Assembly (NCBI GenBank): GCA_047967505.1
Contig: CM106538.1
DNA from: Dipteris shenzhenensis
Taxonomy: Eukaryota
Strand: one strand, 5' to 3'
DNA: 64,000 nucleotides
In this document: in pieces, positions 13,201 to 25,401 of the stretch
Layout of the letters: each line of letters begins with the position of its first letter
Position numbering within the stretch: the first letter of the stretch is position 1
Notes under the pieces: model-generated
The model's database searches: none
What the model was told of the DNA's origin: nothing
The model's input: only the letters and a program-made list of their open reading frames with translations
Position numbers and translations under genes: made by a program

Positions 13201-16200
13201 CAAAGTATTGTGCCCATCGGATATGCTTTGCATTGTCGATCAAGCATAACACACTGTTTTTGCCTTAGTGTCATGCACAACCATATAAAAACACGGCCAT
13301 AGGTGTGTTATTCAAATAAATACTTATCAGATGGGGCCTCCACTTTGCACGAAAGTCCGTTTTAACTACGTTGAGGTGCGTGCAAAGTATTGTCACCATC
13401 GGATATGATTTACATGGTCGATCACGCATTATACACCGTTTTTTCCCTAGTGGTATGCACATTCGCAAAAAAACACGCCCTTAGGTATGTTATCTGACCA
13501 AGTACTTATCGGATGGGTGTGCCTCTTTGACAACATTTTAATACAACCTAAGTTGAGGTATAGGTAAAGTATTATGCCCATCGGATATGCTTTGCATGGT
13601 CGATCGAGCATTAAATACAATTTTTGCCTTAGTGCCATGCACATCCGTAAAAAAACACGCTGCTAGGTGTGTTATCCGATCAAGCACTTATGCGATGGGA
13701 ATGCCACTTTGCATGTAAGTCAATTCCACTTAGTTGAAGGTGTGTGCAAAGTATCGTGCCCATCGGATATGCTTTGCATGGTCGATCGAGCATTAAATTC
13801 CATTTTTGCCTTAGTGCCATGCACATCCGTAAAAAAACACGCTGCTAGGTGTGTTATCCGATCAAGAACTTATGCGATGGGAATGCCACTTTGCATGTAA
13901 GTCAATTCCACTTAGTTGAAGGTGTGTGCAAAGTATCGTGCCCATCGGATATGCTTTGCATGGTCGATCCAGCATTAAATTCCATTTTTGCCTTAGTGCC
14001 ATGCACATCCGTAAAAAAACACGCTGCTAGGTGTGTTATCCGATCAAGCACTTATGCGATGGGAATGCCACTTTGCATGTAAGTCAATTCCACTTAGTTG
14101 AAGGTGTGTGCAAAGTATCGTGCCCATCGGATATGCTTTGCATGGTCGATCGAGCATTAAATTCCATTTTTGCCTTAGTGCCATGCACATCCGTAAAAAA
14201 ACACGCTGCTAGGTGTGTTATCTGATCAAGCACTTATGCGATGGGCGTGCCACTTTGCATGTAAGTCAATTCCACCTAGTTAAAGGTATGTGCAAAGTAT
14301 TGTGCCCATCGGATATTCTTTGCATGGTTGATCGAGCATTAAATACCATTTTTGCCTTAGTGCCATGCACATCCGTAAAAAAACACGCTGCTAGGTGTGT
14401 TATCTAATCAAGCACTTATGCGATGGGCGTGCCACTTTGCATGTAAGTTAATTCCACCTAGTTGAAGTTGTGTGCAAAGTATTGTGCCCATCGGATATGC
14501 TTTGCATTGTCGATCAAGCATAACACACTGTTTTTGCCTTAGTGTCATGCACAACCATATAAAGACACGGCCATAGGTGTGTTATTCAAATAAATACTTA
14601 TCAGATGGGGCCTCCACTTTGCACGCAAGTCCGTTTTAACTACATTGAGGTGCGTGCAAAGTATTGTCACCATCGGATATGATTTACATGGTCGATCACG
14701 CATTATACATCATTTTTTCCCTAATGATATGCACATTCGCAAAAAAACACGCCATTAGGTGTTATCTGACCAAGTACTTATCGGATGGGTGTGCCTCATT
14801 GAGAACATTTTAATACCACCTAGGTTGAGGCATACGAAAAGTTTTGTGCCCATAGGATATCCTTTGCATGGTCGATCGAGCATTAAATACTATTTTTACT
14901 CTAGTGTCATGCACATCCGTCAAAAAACACGTTTCTAGGTATGTTATAGGATCAAGCACTTATGGGATGGGCATGCCACTTTGCATGTAAGTTGATTCTA
15001 CCTAGTTGAAGGTGTGTGCAAAGTATTGTGCCCATCGGATATGCTTTGCATTGTCGATCAAGCATAAAACACCGTTTTTATCTTAGTGTCATGCACATTC
15101 GTAAAAAAACGCAGTCCTAGATGTGTTATTCAAACTAGTACTTATCGGATGGGGGCTCTAGTTTGCACGCAAGTCCGTTTCAACTAGTTTGAGGTGTGTG
15201 CAAAGTATTGTCACCTTCGGATATGATTTGCATGGTTGATCAAGCATAACACACCGTTTTTGCCTTAGTGTCATGCACAACCATATAAAAACACGGCCAT
15301 AGGTGTGTTATTCAAATAAGTACTTATCAGATGGGGGCTCCACTTTGCACGCAAGTCCGTTTTAACTACATTGAGGTGCGTGCAAAGTATTGTCACCATC
15401 CGATATGATTTGCATGGTCGATCACGCATTATACACCATTTTTTCCTTAGTGGTATGCACATCCGCAAAAAAAGCACGCCCTTGGGTATGTTATCTGACC
15501 AAGTACTTATCGGATGGATGTGCCTCTTTGACAACATTTTAATAACAACTAGGTTGAGGTATAGGAAAATTATTATGCCCATCGGATATGCTTTGCATGG
15601 TCGATCGAGCATTAAATACCATTTTTGCCTTAGTGCCATGCACATCCGTAAAAAAACACGTTGCTAGGTGTGTTATCCGATCAAGCACTTATGCGATGGG
15701 AATGCTACTTTGCATGTAAGTCAATTCCACCTAGTTGAAGGTGTGTGCAAAGTATCGTGCCCATCGGATATGCTTTGCATGGTCGATCGAGCATTAAATT
15801 CCATTTTTGCCTTAGTGCCATGCACATTCGTAAAAAAACATACTGCTAGGTGTGTTATCTGATCAAGCACTTATGCGATGGGCGTGCCACTTTGCATGTA
15901 AGTCAATTACACCTAGTTGAAGGTGTGTGCAAAGTATCGTGCCCATCGGATATGCTTTGCATTGTCGATCAAGCATAACACACCGTTTTTGCCTTAGTGT
16001 CATGCACAACCATATAAAAACACGGCCATAGGTGTGTTATTCAAATAAATATTTATCATATGGGGGCTCCACTTTGCACGCCAGTCCGTTTTAACTATGT
16101 TGAGGTGCGTGCAAAGTATTGTCACCATCGGATATGATTTGCATGGTCGATCACGCATTATACATCATTTTTTTCCTAATGACATGCACATTCGCAAAAA

Positions 16201-16860
16201 AACACGCCATTAGGTGTGTTATCTGACCAAGTACTTATCGGATGGGTGTGCCTCATTGAGAACATTTCAATACCACCTAGGTTGAGGCTTACGAAAAGTT
16301 TTGTGCCCATCGGATATCCTTTGCATGGTCTATCGAGCATTAAATACTATTTTTACTCTAGTGTCATGCACATCCGTCAAAAAACACGTTTCTAGGTATG
16401 TTATAGGATCAAGCACTTATGGGATGGGCATGCCACTTTGCATGTAAGTCGATTCTACCTAGTTGAAGGTGTGTGCAAAGTATTGTGCCCATCAGATATG
16501 CTTTGCATTGTCGATCAAGCATAAAACACCATTATTGCCTTAGTGTCATGCACAATCGTCAAAAAACACGATCGTAGGTGTATTTTTCAATTAAGTACTT
16601 ATCGGATGGGGATGCCACTTTGCACACAAGTCAATACTGCCTAGGTTGAGGAACGTGTAAAGTCTTGTGTCCATTGGATATGCTTTGCATAGTCTGTCTC
16701 ACATGATACACCATTTTGTTGCTAGTGTTATGCACAATCGTCATAAAATACATAGGAGGTGTGTTATCCGAACAAGTACTTATGAGATGGGTGCACCACT
16801 TTGTATGCAAGTCAATAAGACCTAGTTTGAGGAGTGTACAAAGTTTTGTGCCCATTGGAG
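7222..16860. repeat. 182-bp satellite array, ~53 monomers, at least 3 monomer types with higher-order repeats
   Basis: Repeat-derived ORFs recur at 13667/13849/14031/14213 (period 182), 12361/13271 (910 = 5x182) and 7676/9678 (2002 = 11x182). Monomer core GTTATCCGATCAAGCACTTATGCGATGGG...ATCGGATATGCTTTGCATGGTCGATCGAGC. Confidence 0.95.
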
Positions 16861-17099
16861 AAATGTAGATGCGATAATATTAGAAAATTCTCGGTATATG
16901 TATATGTGTGTGTGTGTGTGGCAAACAATTTTGGCACAAAGTAAACACCTAGTGCACAAATTATGCACTTCATACCTTGAGTAAATAAGCTTGTTGATGA
17001 GGATAAATATGCCCTTGAATAAAAGCACAGTTGTTGTATGACCACAATAGGATCGCTTTGACACCTGTGATTTTGCCCATATGTAAGTTTACAAATAGT

Positions 17100-17815
17100 A
17101 TAAAAAATCATGTAATAATATATTAATAGTTTGCAAATGTGTATAGCAAGTGAGTAATGGGAAGTGGAAGTGGGAATGAGGAGGGAGGAGTGGAATAGGA
17201 TAGGGAAGTAATAAGGGTGTATGATAATAAGTATAAAAAATAGTATAATAATATATTAATAGTTTTTAAATGGCAAGTGAGTAATGGGAAGTGGAAGTGA
17301 GAGTGGGGAGGGAAGAATGGAATGGGAGAGGGGAAGGTAATAGGGGAGTAGGCTAATAAGGGAGTGAAATGAGTGAGGAAGTTAATAGGGGATGAAAAAG
17401 AGGAGGGTGAGATGGGGAAATATGGGATTTTGGAAAATGGGAGGAGTATGGGACGTGGTGGAAATGTGGGATGGGAGTGGTGGCAATGGGGAGGAAGAAG
17501 AAATGGATGGATGGGAGGAGGGCTAATGGATGAGGGATGGGGTTCAATAGGAGAGGGGGAGTAATGGGAGCCAATGGGAGAGGAGATAAATGAAAAGCCA
17601 ATAGGAGAGAGGGGAGGAATGGAAAGCCAATAGGAAAGGAGGAGGAAAACCTAATTTTTCTTATATATAGTCTTCCTTCATTCATTCATTCTCCCCTCAT
17701 TTCATTTATTCATTCTCCCCTCATTTCATTCAAGCAAGAAAGCAAGGACGATCAAGAGAGCAAGGAAGGAAGAGCAAGAAAGCAAGAAAGAGCAAACTTA
17801 CAAACTGTTTCCAGG
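17100..17815. promoter_or_regulatory. Putative promoter, possibly bidirectional, and first non-coding exon of the cargo gene
   Basis: Repeated CCAAT motifs (~17570-17630), TATATATA at 17662-17669, a pyrimidine-rich initiator-like tract, then donor-like CAG|GTACTT at 17814/17815. Confidence 0.4.
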
Positions 17816-17879
17816 TACTTGCAAACTTTTTTTCTAGTTTCTTTTTTAAAATTTGAAGAGAGAGAAACTAGAGAGAGAA

Positions 17880-19990
17880 AGGTTCAGGGGAGGGGAGGGA
17901 GGGGAGGGAGGAGGAAGGAGGGGAGGAAGAGGTGGGACGGGAGGGAGGAGGAAGGGAGGGGAAGAAGGGGCGAAGAGGGAGGTAGGTGGGAGGGAAGGGG
18001 GTGGGAGGGAGGCTGGCGCGGCGGGGTGGGTGGGGAGGGGGCTGAGAGGAGGAGGGGGGAGCGGCTGAGAGGGGAGGGGGGGGGCGCGGCTGAGAGGAGG
18101 GGGGAGCGGCTGAGAGGGGGAGGGAGGGGGGCGCGGCTGAGAGGGGGAGGGGGGGGGGGCGCGGCTGAGGGGGGAGGGGGGGAGGGTGAAGAGGAGGGGC
18201 TGGCGGCCGCGGCCGCCAGCCCGGGAGGGGTGCGGGTGAGGGGGGGAGGAGGAGGGGGGGCGCGGCTGAGAGGGGGAGGGGGGGGCGCGGCTGAGGGGGG
18301 GAGGGTGAAGAGGGGGGGCTGGCGGCCGCGGCCGCCAGCCCGGGAGGGGTGGGGGAGCGGCTGAGGGGGGAAGGGGGGTGGGGAGGGGTTGCGAAGGGGG
18401 GGGGGCTGGGTGAGAGGAGGGGGGGGGCTGGCGGCCGCGGCCGCCAGCCAGGGAGGGTGGGTTGCGAAGGGGGGGGAGCGTGGCTTGCGAAAGGGGGGGG
18501 GGGAGAGTGAAGAGAGGGGGCTGGGTGAGAGGAGGGGGGGCTGGCAGCCGCGGCCGCCAGCCCAAGGAGAGAGGAGATGGGGTTGCGAAGGGGCTGGGTG
18601 AGAGAGGGGGGGCTGGGTGAGAGGAGGGGGGGGGGCTGGCGGCCGCGGCCGCCAGCCAGGGAGGGTGAAGGGGGGGATGGGTGGGTCGCGAAGGGGGGGG
18701 GGGGAGGGTGAAGACCCCCTGGGTGAGAGGAGGGGGGGGGCTCGCGGCCACGGCCGCCAGCCAGGGAGGGTGAAGGGGGGGGCGGGAGTGTGGAAGAGGG
18801 GGGGCTGGGTGAGAGGGCCGGGGGGGGCTGGCGGCTGCGGCCGCCAGCCCAGGGAGAGAGGAAGGAGAGGGGGGGGCTGGGTGAGAGGAGGGGGGGGCTG
18901 GCAGCCGCGGCCGCCAGCCAGGGAGCATGAAGGGGGGGATGGGTGGGTTGCGAAGGGGGGGGAGGGTGAAGAGGGGGGGCTGGTGGGTGAGAGGAGGGGG
19001 GGGGGCTGGCGGCGCGCCGCCACCAGGGAGAGGAGGAGAGGGGGGGCTGGGTGAGAGGAGGGGGAGAGAGGGGGGGGGGGCTGGCGGCCGCGGCCGCCAG
19101 CCAGGGAGGGTGAAGGGGGGGGGATGGGTGGGTTGCGAAGGGGGGCGGGGAGGGTGAAGAGGGGGGTGGGTGAGAGGAGGGGGGGCTGGCGGCCACGGCC
19201 GCCAGCCCAGGGAGAGAGGAGAGGGGGTTGCGAAGGGGCTGGGTGAGAGGAGAGGAGGGAGCTGGGTGAGAGGAGAGGGGGGGGGCTGGCAAGGGGGGGG
19301 GGGGGGCAGGGAGGAGGGGGAGAGAGGAGGGGGGGGGGGCTGGCGGCTACGGCCGCCAGCCAGGGAGGGTGAAGGGGGGGATGGGTTGCGAAGGGGGGGG
19401 GAGGGTGAAGAGGGGGGGTTGGGTGGTGAGAGGAGGGGGGGGGCTGGCGGCCGCGGCCGCCAGCCCAGGGAGGGTGAAGGGGGGGGGATGGGTGAGAGGA
19501 AGGGGGGGGCTGGCGGCCACGGCCGCCAGCCCAGGGAGAGAGGGAGGGTGAAGGGGGGGGGATGGGTGGATTGCGAAGGGGGGTGAGGGTGAAGAGGGGG
19601 GGGCTGGGTGAGAGGAGGGGGGGGGGGGCTGGCGGCCGCGGCCGCCAGCCCCAGGGAGGGGTTGCGGAGGGGGGGCTGGGTGAGAGGAGGGGGTGTCGCC
19701 AAGGAGGGAGGGAGGGGGGCCAAGGGAGAGTGGGGAAGAGGGTGGAAGGGGTTGGGGGGGTCGCCAAGGGGGGTGGGGAAAAGGGAGGAACGTTTAAAAG
19801 GGGGTAGGGGGAAAAAGGGGTAGGGGAGAAGAGGTTAGGCGACGGGAGAGGGAAGGGTAGCGGGAGGGGAGGGGGGGAGGGGAGGGGGATTTTGGGGAAG
19901 GAGGGGGGCGAGGGGAAGGGAGGAGTTTTGGCGGCGGAGGGAGGGGAGGGAAGGAGGTTGGAGGAGAGGATTGGGTCGAGGGATGGATGG
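17880..19990. repeat. G-rich island with ~15 exact or near-exact copies of the 24-bp palindrome GGCTGGCGGCCGCGGCCGCCAGCC
   Basis: Exact copies near 18198, 18317, 18426, 18634, 19079, 19442 and 19627, with variants between them. Spacers are built from G-runs and the modules GGGTGAGAGGAGG, GTTGCGAAGGGG and GAGGGTGAAG. Confidence 0.9.
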
Positions 19991-20749
19991 AGGGAAGGAG
20001 AGGAGAGAGAGGAAGAGAGAGAAGGAGAGAGAGAGAGAGGGAGCAGAAGGAGAGAGATGGGAGAGGACAATTTGACTTACTATCACGAGCAAGAAGGAAA
20101 AATAAGATTTGACTTACGAGAAGAATGAAAAGGACTTACGAGAATGAAAAGGACTTACATGAAAAGGACTTACGAGAATGAAAAGGACTTACAAGAATCG
20201 AGAAGAATGTTGAAGAAAGTATCAAGAAGAATGTTGAACATAAATTTGAATTCAAAAGGAACGTATAAGAAGAAAGTATAAGAAGAATGTTGAACACAAA
20301 TTTGAATTCAATTTATAATGAATTCAAATTTTCCCTCTCTTTTTTGAAAATTCAAATTTATGTGTAGGAGTGGACTAGTTTTAACTCTCTCCTCGTTTCA
20401 TTGAAGCAACCAAGAGCGGAAGAGAAAGGATAAGCCGAGCCTTACTTTTTTCACTTTTTCCAGGTACTTGCATTCTTTTTTATTCGTCTTGTAATTCTAT
20501 TTCTTTACTTACAATTCTTTTCAATTAGTTTCTTGTTAAGGTTTTTGAGTTCTATTTCTTAAAATTCGTATTGTAATTCTTTTTCTTTACTTATAATTCT
20601 TTTTCAATTAGTTTATTCTTAAAGTTTTTGAGGAGGGTGGTCTTTTAGAAGGCATTACAATTCTTTTTAAATTAGTTTCTTATTTGAGTTTTTGAGTTCT
20701 ATTTTAATTAGTTTTTTATTTATATTTGAGTTTGTAAATTTGAGAAATG

Positions 20750-21171
20750 GGAGAATAGGGAGGGAGGGAAAGAGAGAAATCAAGAGAGAGAGAGGGGCTC
20801 CTTAAGAGAGGGAGAGAGAGAGAGAGATTCACACAGAGAAGAGGGGCTCCTTAAATGAGAGAGAAGAGTAGGGAGGGAAAGAAAGAGAGAGGAGAGAGGC
20901 GGAGAGAGATTAAGAGAGAGAAGCTGGTAAAGAGAGAGGAGAGAGAGGGAGAGAGATTAAGAGAGAGAAGCGGGTCTCTTGGGGGCTGTGGCTACTTGAG
21001 GGAGGGGAGAGAGTAGGGAGAGAGGAGAGAGAGAGAAAGAGAGAGAGGGAGAGAGAGAAAGAGAGAGAGGGAGAGAGAGAGAGAGATGTTTATGGGAATG
21101 AAACGTGGCGAGAGGAGAGAGGGAAAGAGAGAGAGAGAGAGAAGAGAAGAGGGAGACTTAGGGAGAGAGAG

Positions 21172-21229
<58 letters not shown>

Positions 21230-21752
21230 TGAAACTTCTGTGCTAGAGGGAGGGAGAGGGAGAGAGAGAATAAGTGGGATGAGGATAGAGAGAAAAATAC
21301 TTAAGAGTTGTCAAAGAGAGAGAGAGGAGAGATTAAGAGAGAGAATGAGGTGTCTTGACTATGGCTACAAGGAGATTTAGGAGGAGAGAGAGAGAGAGAG
21401 AGAAAGTAAAGAGAGTTTTATATATTTACATCTTTTATATTATATTTTTAAATGAGAGAGAAGAGTAGGGAGGGAAAGAAAGAGAGAGGAGAGAGAGGGA
21501 GAGAGATTAAGAGAGAGAAGCGGGTCTCTTGGGGACCTTGGCTTCTCTTGGGGACCGTGGCTCCTTGAGGGAGGGAGAGAGTAGGGAGAGAGAGGGAGAG
21601 AGAGAGAAAGAGAGAGAGGGAGAGAGAAAGAGAGAGAGGGAGAGAGAGGGAGAGAGAGAGAGAGGAATGAAAAATACTTAAGAGTTATAGAGAGAGAGAG
21701 AGATTAAGAGAGAGAATGAGGTGTCTTGACTATGGCTACAAAGAGATTTAGG

Positions 21753-21789
<37 letters not shown>

Positions 21790-21830
21790 TAAAGAGAGTT
21801 TTATATATTTACATATTTTATATTATACTT
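20750..21830. repeat. (GA)n-rich compound microsatellite region with internal duplication
   Basis: Long GA runs. Blocks AAGCGGGTCTCTTGGGG and GAGGTGTCTTGACTATGGCTACAA each occur twice. Confidence 0.9.
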
Positions 21831-22923
21831 TTAAAAAATTATAAAAGAGTGAATTTATGGTTTGTTTTGAAGGTGAGATAATGTTTTTATATATATTCAT
21901 CTTTTAAATTGAAAAACGTTAACTTTTCTTTAGATACTTGTTCTTTATTTATATCACATGCAGGTTTAGCCTCTACATCACAACCCCTTCTTTTGCATAT
22001 TTAAGCCTCTTAAACCCCAGCACATTAAAATGAACACAGAAAAAGAAATTATTTATTGCTTTTCTTCGCTTCGACGGTTGGTTTAGCATAGTTTAGCATA
22101 GATTAGATTGCCTTAGAGGAGAGACAATTCTCCAAGTTGCCAATCGAAGCCATGCTCAAATTTTTCTAACTAGTTCCTAATCGTTGTCAGTCCCTTCGCT
22201 CACATGCGGTTTAACACTCATAACATGCTAATAAATAAGACCTTTTACCATTTACCAAGAAGTTTATCAGTGGGCAGATTGCATGAGCAGATATCAGTGG
22301 ACAGATTGCATGAGCAGATATCAGTGGACAGATTGCATATATCAGTGGACAGATTACATGTCATGGGACATATTGGAGCTTGATGATTATTGGTTATTTT
22401 TATTGCATTTGTATAAATATTTAAGCTCATTTATTGTCATAAAAATCCTTGTAAAGCCTTTTATGCTATTTTTTACATTTATTGTCATATGAAGCACCTT
22501 GTAATAAACCCGACCATCCCGACCATTCACTAATTAACAAGTATCAGTGGGATGCATAAGTGGATATCATGTGGGCTGCATAAGTGGATATCAGTGGAAC
22601 AGTTTTTAGTGGATAGATTGCACCAGTTGGGTATCAGTGCTCAGATATCAATGGATGGACAGATTACATGAATCTTCACGAAGATTGAAGCTTTATCACT
22701 AGACGACATTTTATATTACTTGTAAAGCTTTATTGGCTAATTCTTTTACATTTGTACAAATATTTAAGCCTTGTAAAGCCTTTTAGGCTATTTCCCACAT
22801 TTATTGCCATATGAAGCCTTGTAAAGCCTTTTGGGCTATTTTCCACATTTATTGTATCAAGGGTTGTATATTGTACTTTACTTGTATGTATCTAAATTCT
22901 TCATTATCTTTTCTTGTAGGATT

Positions 22924-24640
22924 ATGGAGCAATCAGCTAATGTGATGGCTATGCTAGATGACTCTGAGATCAGAGAATGGGTTTTTGATGTCACTTTGAA
23001 TTTCAAAGGAAAGGAATATAGCCCCAATGGCTTTGGTAGGTGGACTCGATATCACATGGGTAGAAGAGCCTGGTTTCTTCATCAAAAGGAAAAGAGACTC
23101 TTTCTACTTTTGTCAAAAAGGGAGTTCAATGGTGTTGAAGATCCATGGGATGCTACTTTCTTCAAAAAAGATATGACTTCAAGCCTTGTAGTAGGCATAA
23201 TAATTCAGCGAAAAGACACCTTTGTGGATATTTTAACAAAGAGTTCAGATCCTGAAGTTGGCGGTATGCATTTTATTGTGTCAAGGAGAGACGCAAAGAC
23301 CTTTGTGATGCCTCCTCCTCAACCATCAAAGTTTCCAGAGTTGCAAAGGGCATTGGAGACTCTTTCATATACTTGGGAGCAATTTCCTAGTGTGGTGGCA
23401 AAAAGGATGCATGCAAAGATAATGTTTGAATACTTTCAGGATGCAGAATATGCTCTCCATATGCAAGAATCATCACATGAAGGAGATCAAAAAGCTCAGA
23501 CTTCAATGCAGGGACAAGAAGAACAGGCACACTGTCACAAACCTGTAGAACATGAGCGCAAACTTCTAGAGCCAGAAATGGTGAATGTAACTAAGGATGA
23601 TGAAAAACAAGCCTTGAGTGCACGGGAATTAGCAAAAATTGAAGAAGATCAAGGTCGATCCACTGTAGTTATGCTAGAAGCTCTTGCTAGCAAACCACGA
23701 CGTGAAATGCAAAAGGCTAGTACTGCAAGAGCCACGGTTCCAAGCAGTAAGAAAAGACATCGTCCCACTGTAGAGAAAGATAATGTGGATGAAAAACGGT
23801 CAAAAAAAGAGAAAGATGAAGAAGACTCAGAATCCGAGGCTGAAGATGATCAAGATGAACTCACATCAATTAAAAATCTTAATCTGCGTCTTAATGAAGC
23901 AGTTACAGATGATGATGTGGGATATATCTGGGGTCAAAGGACGTGGTTTGTGAATGCCAAAGATGTGGAAGCTGCAGCTCTGTTTACTAATAGCCGAAGC
24001 CTTGATATATCCTATGCAATGCAAATATACGAGGCTTTGAGAGATGGTAAGAAACCTGTGGCAAGTAATGTGGTCTTGCGCCCAATAATGTTTTGTCCAA
24101 CCAAAAATAGTTTTCTGGATCAAATAACATTTACAGGGCCTACACATTTCGAGGAGATCTTCAGTCAATTCTTTAAAAACACTCTAAAAAATATTCCACA
24201 TGAACAAGGTGAAGAGGCACAAGGAGAGAATATGCTAAAGGAAGTCAAGAAGGAATTTCTCCTTCATTGCAGATTCCAGCCCATTGATGGTCAACATTGG
24301 GCTTATGCTTGTAATCAGATCGCAAGGGAAGCAAAGGAGGGCAAAAGACTCACTCCAGAACAATTTGTAAAGATAAGCTCATTCCATTATTATCCTGCAA
24401 TGATCTGTATATTCAAGCATGAGATTAAGTATTTGATTGAGTCCGAAAGACTTAATCATTATGTCCATGGAAAGCGTAAGATATCCTCAACATCAGAGGT
24501 CTTACAGAAGGCAAGGGTGATATGGACAACATTTGGTTCCCCAAATCCTGATTTGAAGCGAAAGGTCACAAAAGCAGACGCCGACACACTCACAAACTTT
24601 TATACTTCTTTGAGTGCAGTTGTGCCTAGGGGAACCCAAG
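22924..24640 (+). pseudogene. Cargo gene copy 1: uninterrupted N-terminal ~570 codons (ParB/DGQHR-like domain, basic NLS-like and acidic tracts), truncated at 24640
   Basis: ATG follows acceptor-like TTTTCTTGTAG|G (22919). Motifs NSRSLDISYAMQIYEAL and RFQPIDGQHW (DGQHW at 24286-24300). Identity with the minus-strand copy ends at PRGTQ. Confidence 0.7.
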
Positions 24641-24719
24641 GGGAACTCAGAAGGACTAGGATGTAAGAAATAAGGGAGTGTTTGTGGAAGGACTAGGATG
24701 GAAGAATACAAGTACACTA

Positions 24720-25250
24720 AGGCACGATGTGTTCACTACGATAAGGATAAGGGTTGGAATAAAGTGAGTGGCACGATGTGTTCACTATGATAAGGGTTGG
24801 AATAAAGCGAGTGGAGATTGAATGCTCTACTTTAAGTGAGTGGAGATGATAAGGATAAGGGTTGGAATAAAGTGAGAGAAGCATTGCGAATGCTCTACTT
24901 TAAGTGAGTGGAGATTGTCCAATTGAATAAAATTCTAATCACACAAGGATTTATTTCCAAATAATCACATCATCACACATTCATATCATAAAATTGTGTG
25001 CATGAAGAAATATATTACAAATAGTACATCATCACATATTCATATCAAAATTCTCATCACACAAGGATTTATTTCCAAATAATCACATCATCACACATTC
25101 ATATCATAAAATTGTGTGCATGAAATAAATATATTACAAATATTACATCATCACATATTCATATCAAAATTCTCATGACACAAGGATTTATTTCCAAATA
25201 ATCACATCATCACACATTCATATCATAAAATTGTGTGCATAAAGAAATTA
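24720..25250. repeat. Tandem repeats 3' of the minus-strand cargo gene
   Basis: GATAAGGGTTGGAATAAAG occurs three times (24720-24915). A ~118-119-bp unit beginning CACAAGGATTTATTTCCAAATAATCAC starts at ~24942, 25060 and 25179. Confidence 0.85.
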
Positions 25251-25401
25251 TGTAAATATCATGATTATGCCACTTAAGTAATAAGTCACAAATTGGTGTA
25301 TAATCAACAAAAACTACAAACACAACATCATACATGCATCACAACTCTTGTGATGCTTCTAGTGGAGACTGTGGCAACTCTTCGGATGCTTCCAATGGAG
25401 G

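Noticed and set aside
7222-16860. Dozens of 60-120 aa ORFs, or a 5S rRNA/tRNA/snRNA gene array
   Set aside because: The ORFs are translations of the satellite monomer, and I recognise no RNA-gene sequence in it. An Rfam search would settle this.
18190-19660. CRISPR array (palindromic repeats plus spacers)
   Set aside because: Spacers are low-complexity, mutually similar and variable in length; no cas genes; eukaryotic context.
17880-19990. rDNA or intergenic spacer because of high GC
   Set aside because: No rRNA conserved sequence anywhere in the window.
17819-20128. Long Pro-rich and Gly-rich ORFs (up to 728 aa) resembling extensins or formins
   Set aside because: Open in several frames on both strands because the G/C-run repeat lacks stop codons; no consistent protein signal.
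22831-22923. N-terminal hydrophobic signal or TM segment MGYFPHLLYQG...FFIIFSCR
   Set aside because: It starts at a non-ATG codon and is the polypyrimidine/acceptor end of a probable intron; the real start is likely ATG 22924 (32448 in copy 2).
2335-24940. Terminal inverted repeats, or CACTA/Helitron termini, for the central element
   Set aside because: No matching inverted repeat between the 2335, 24641 and 33045 junctions, no CACTA terminus and no Rep/helicase motifs.
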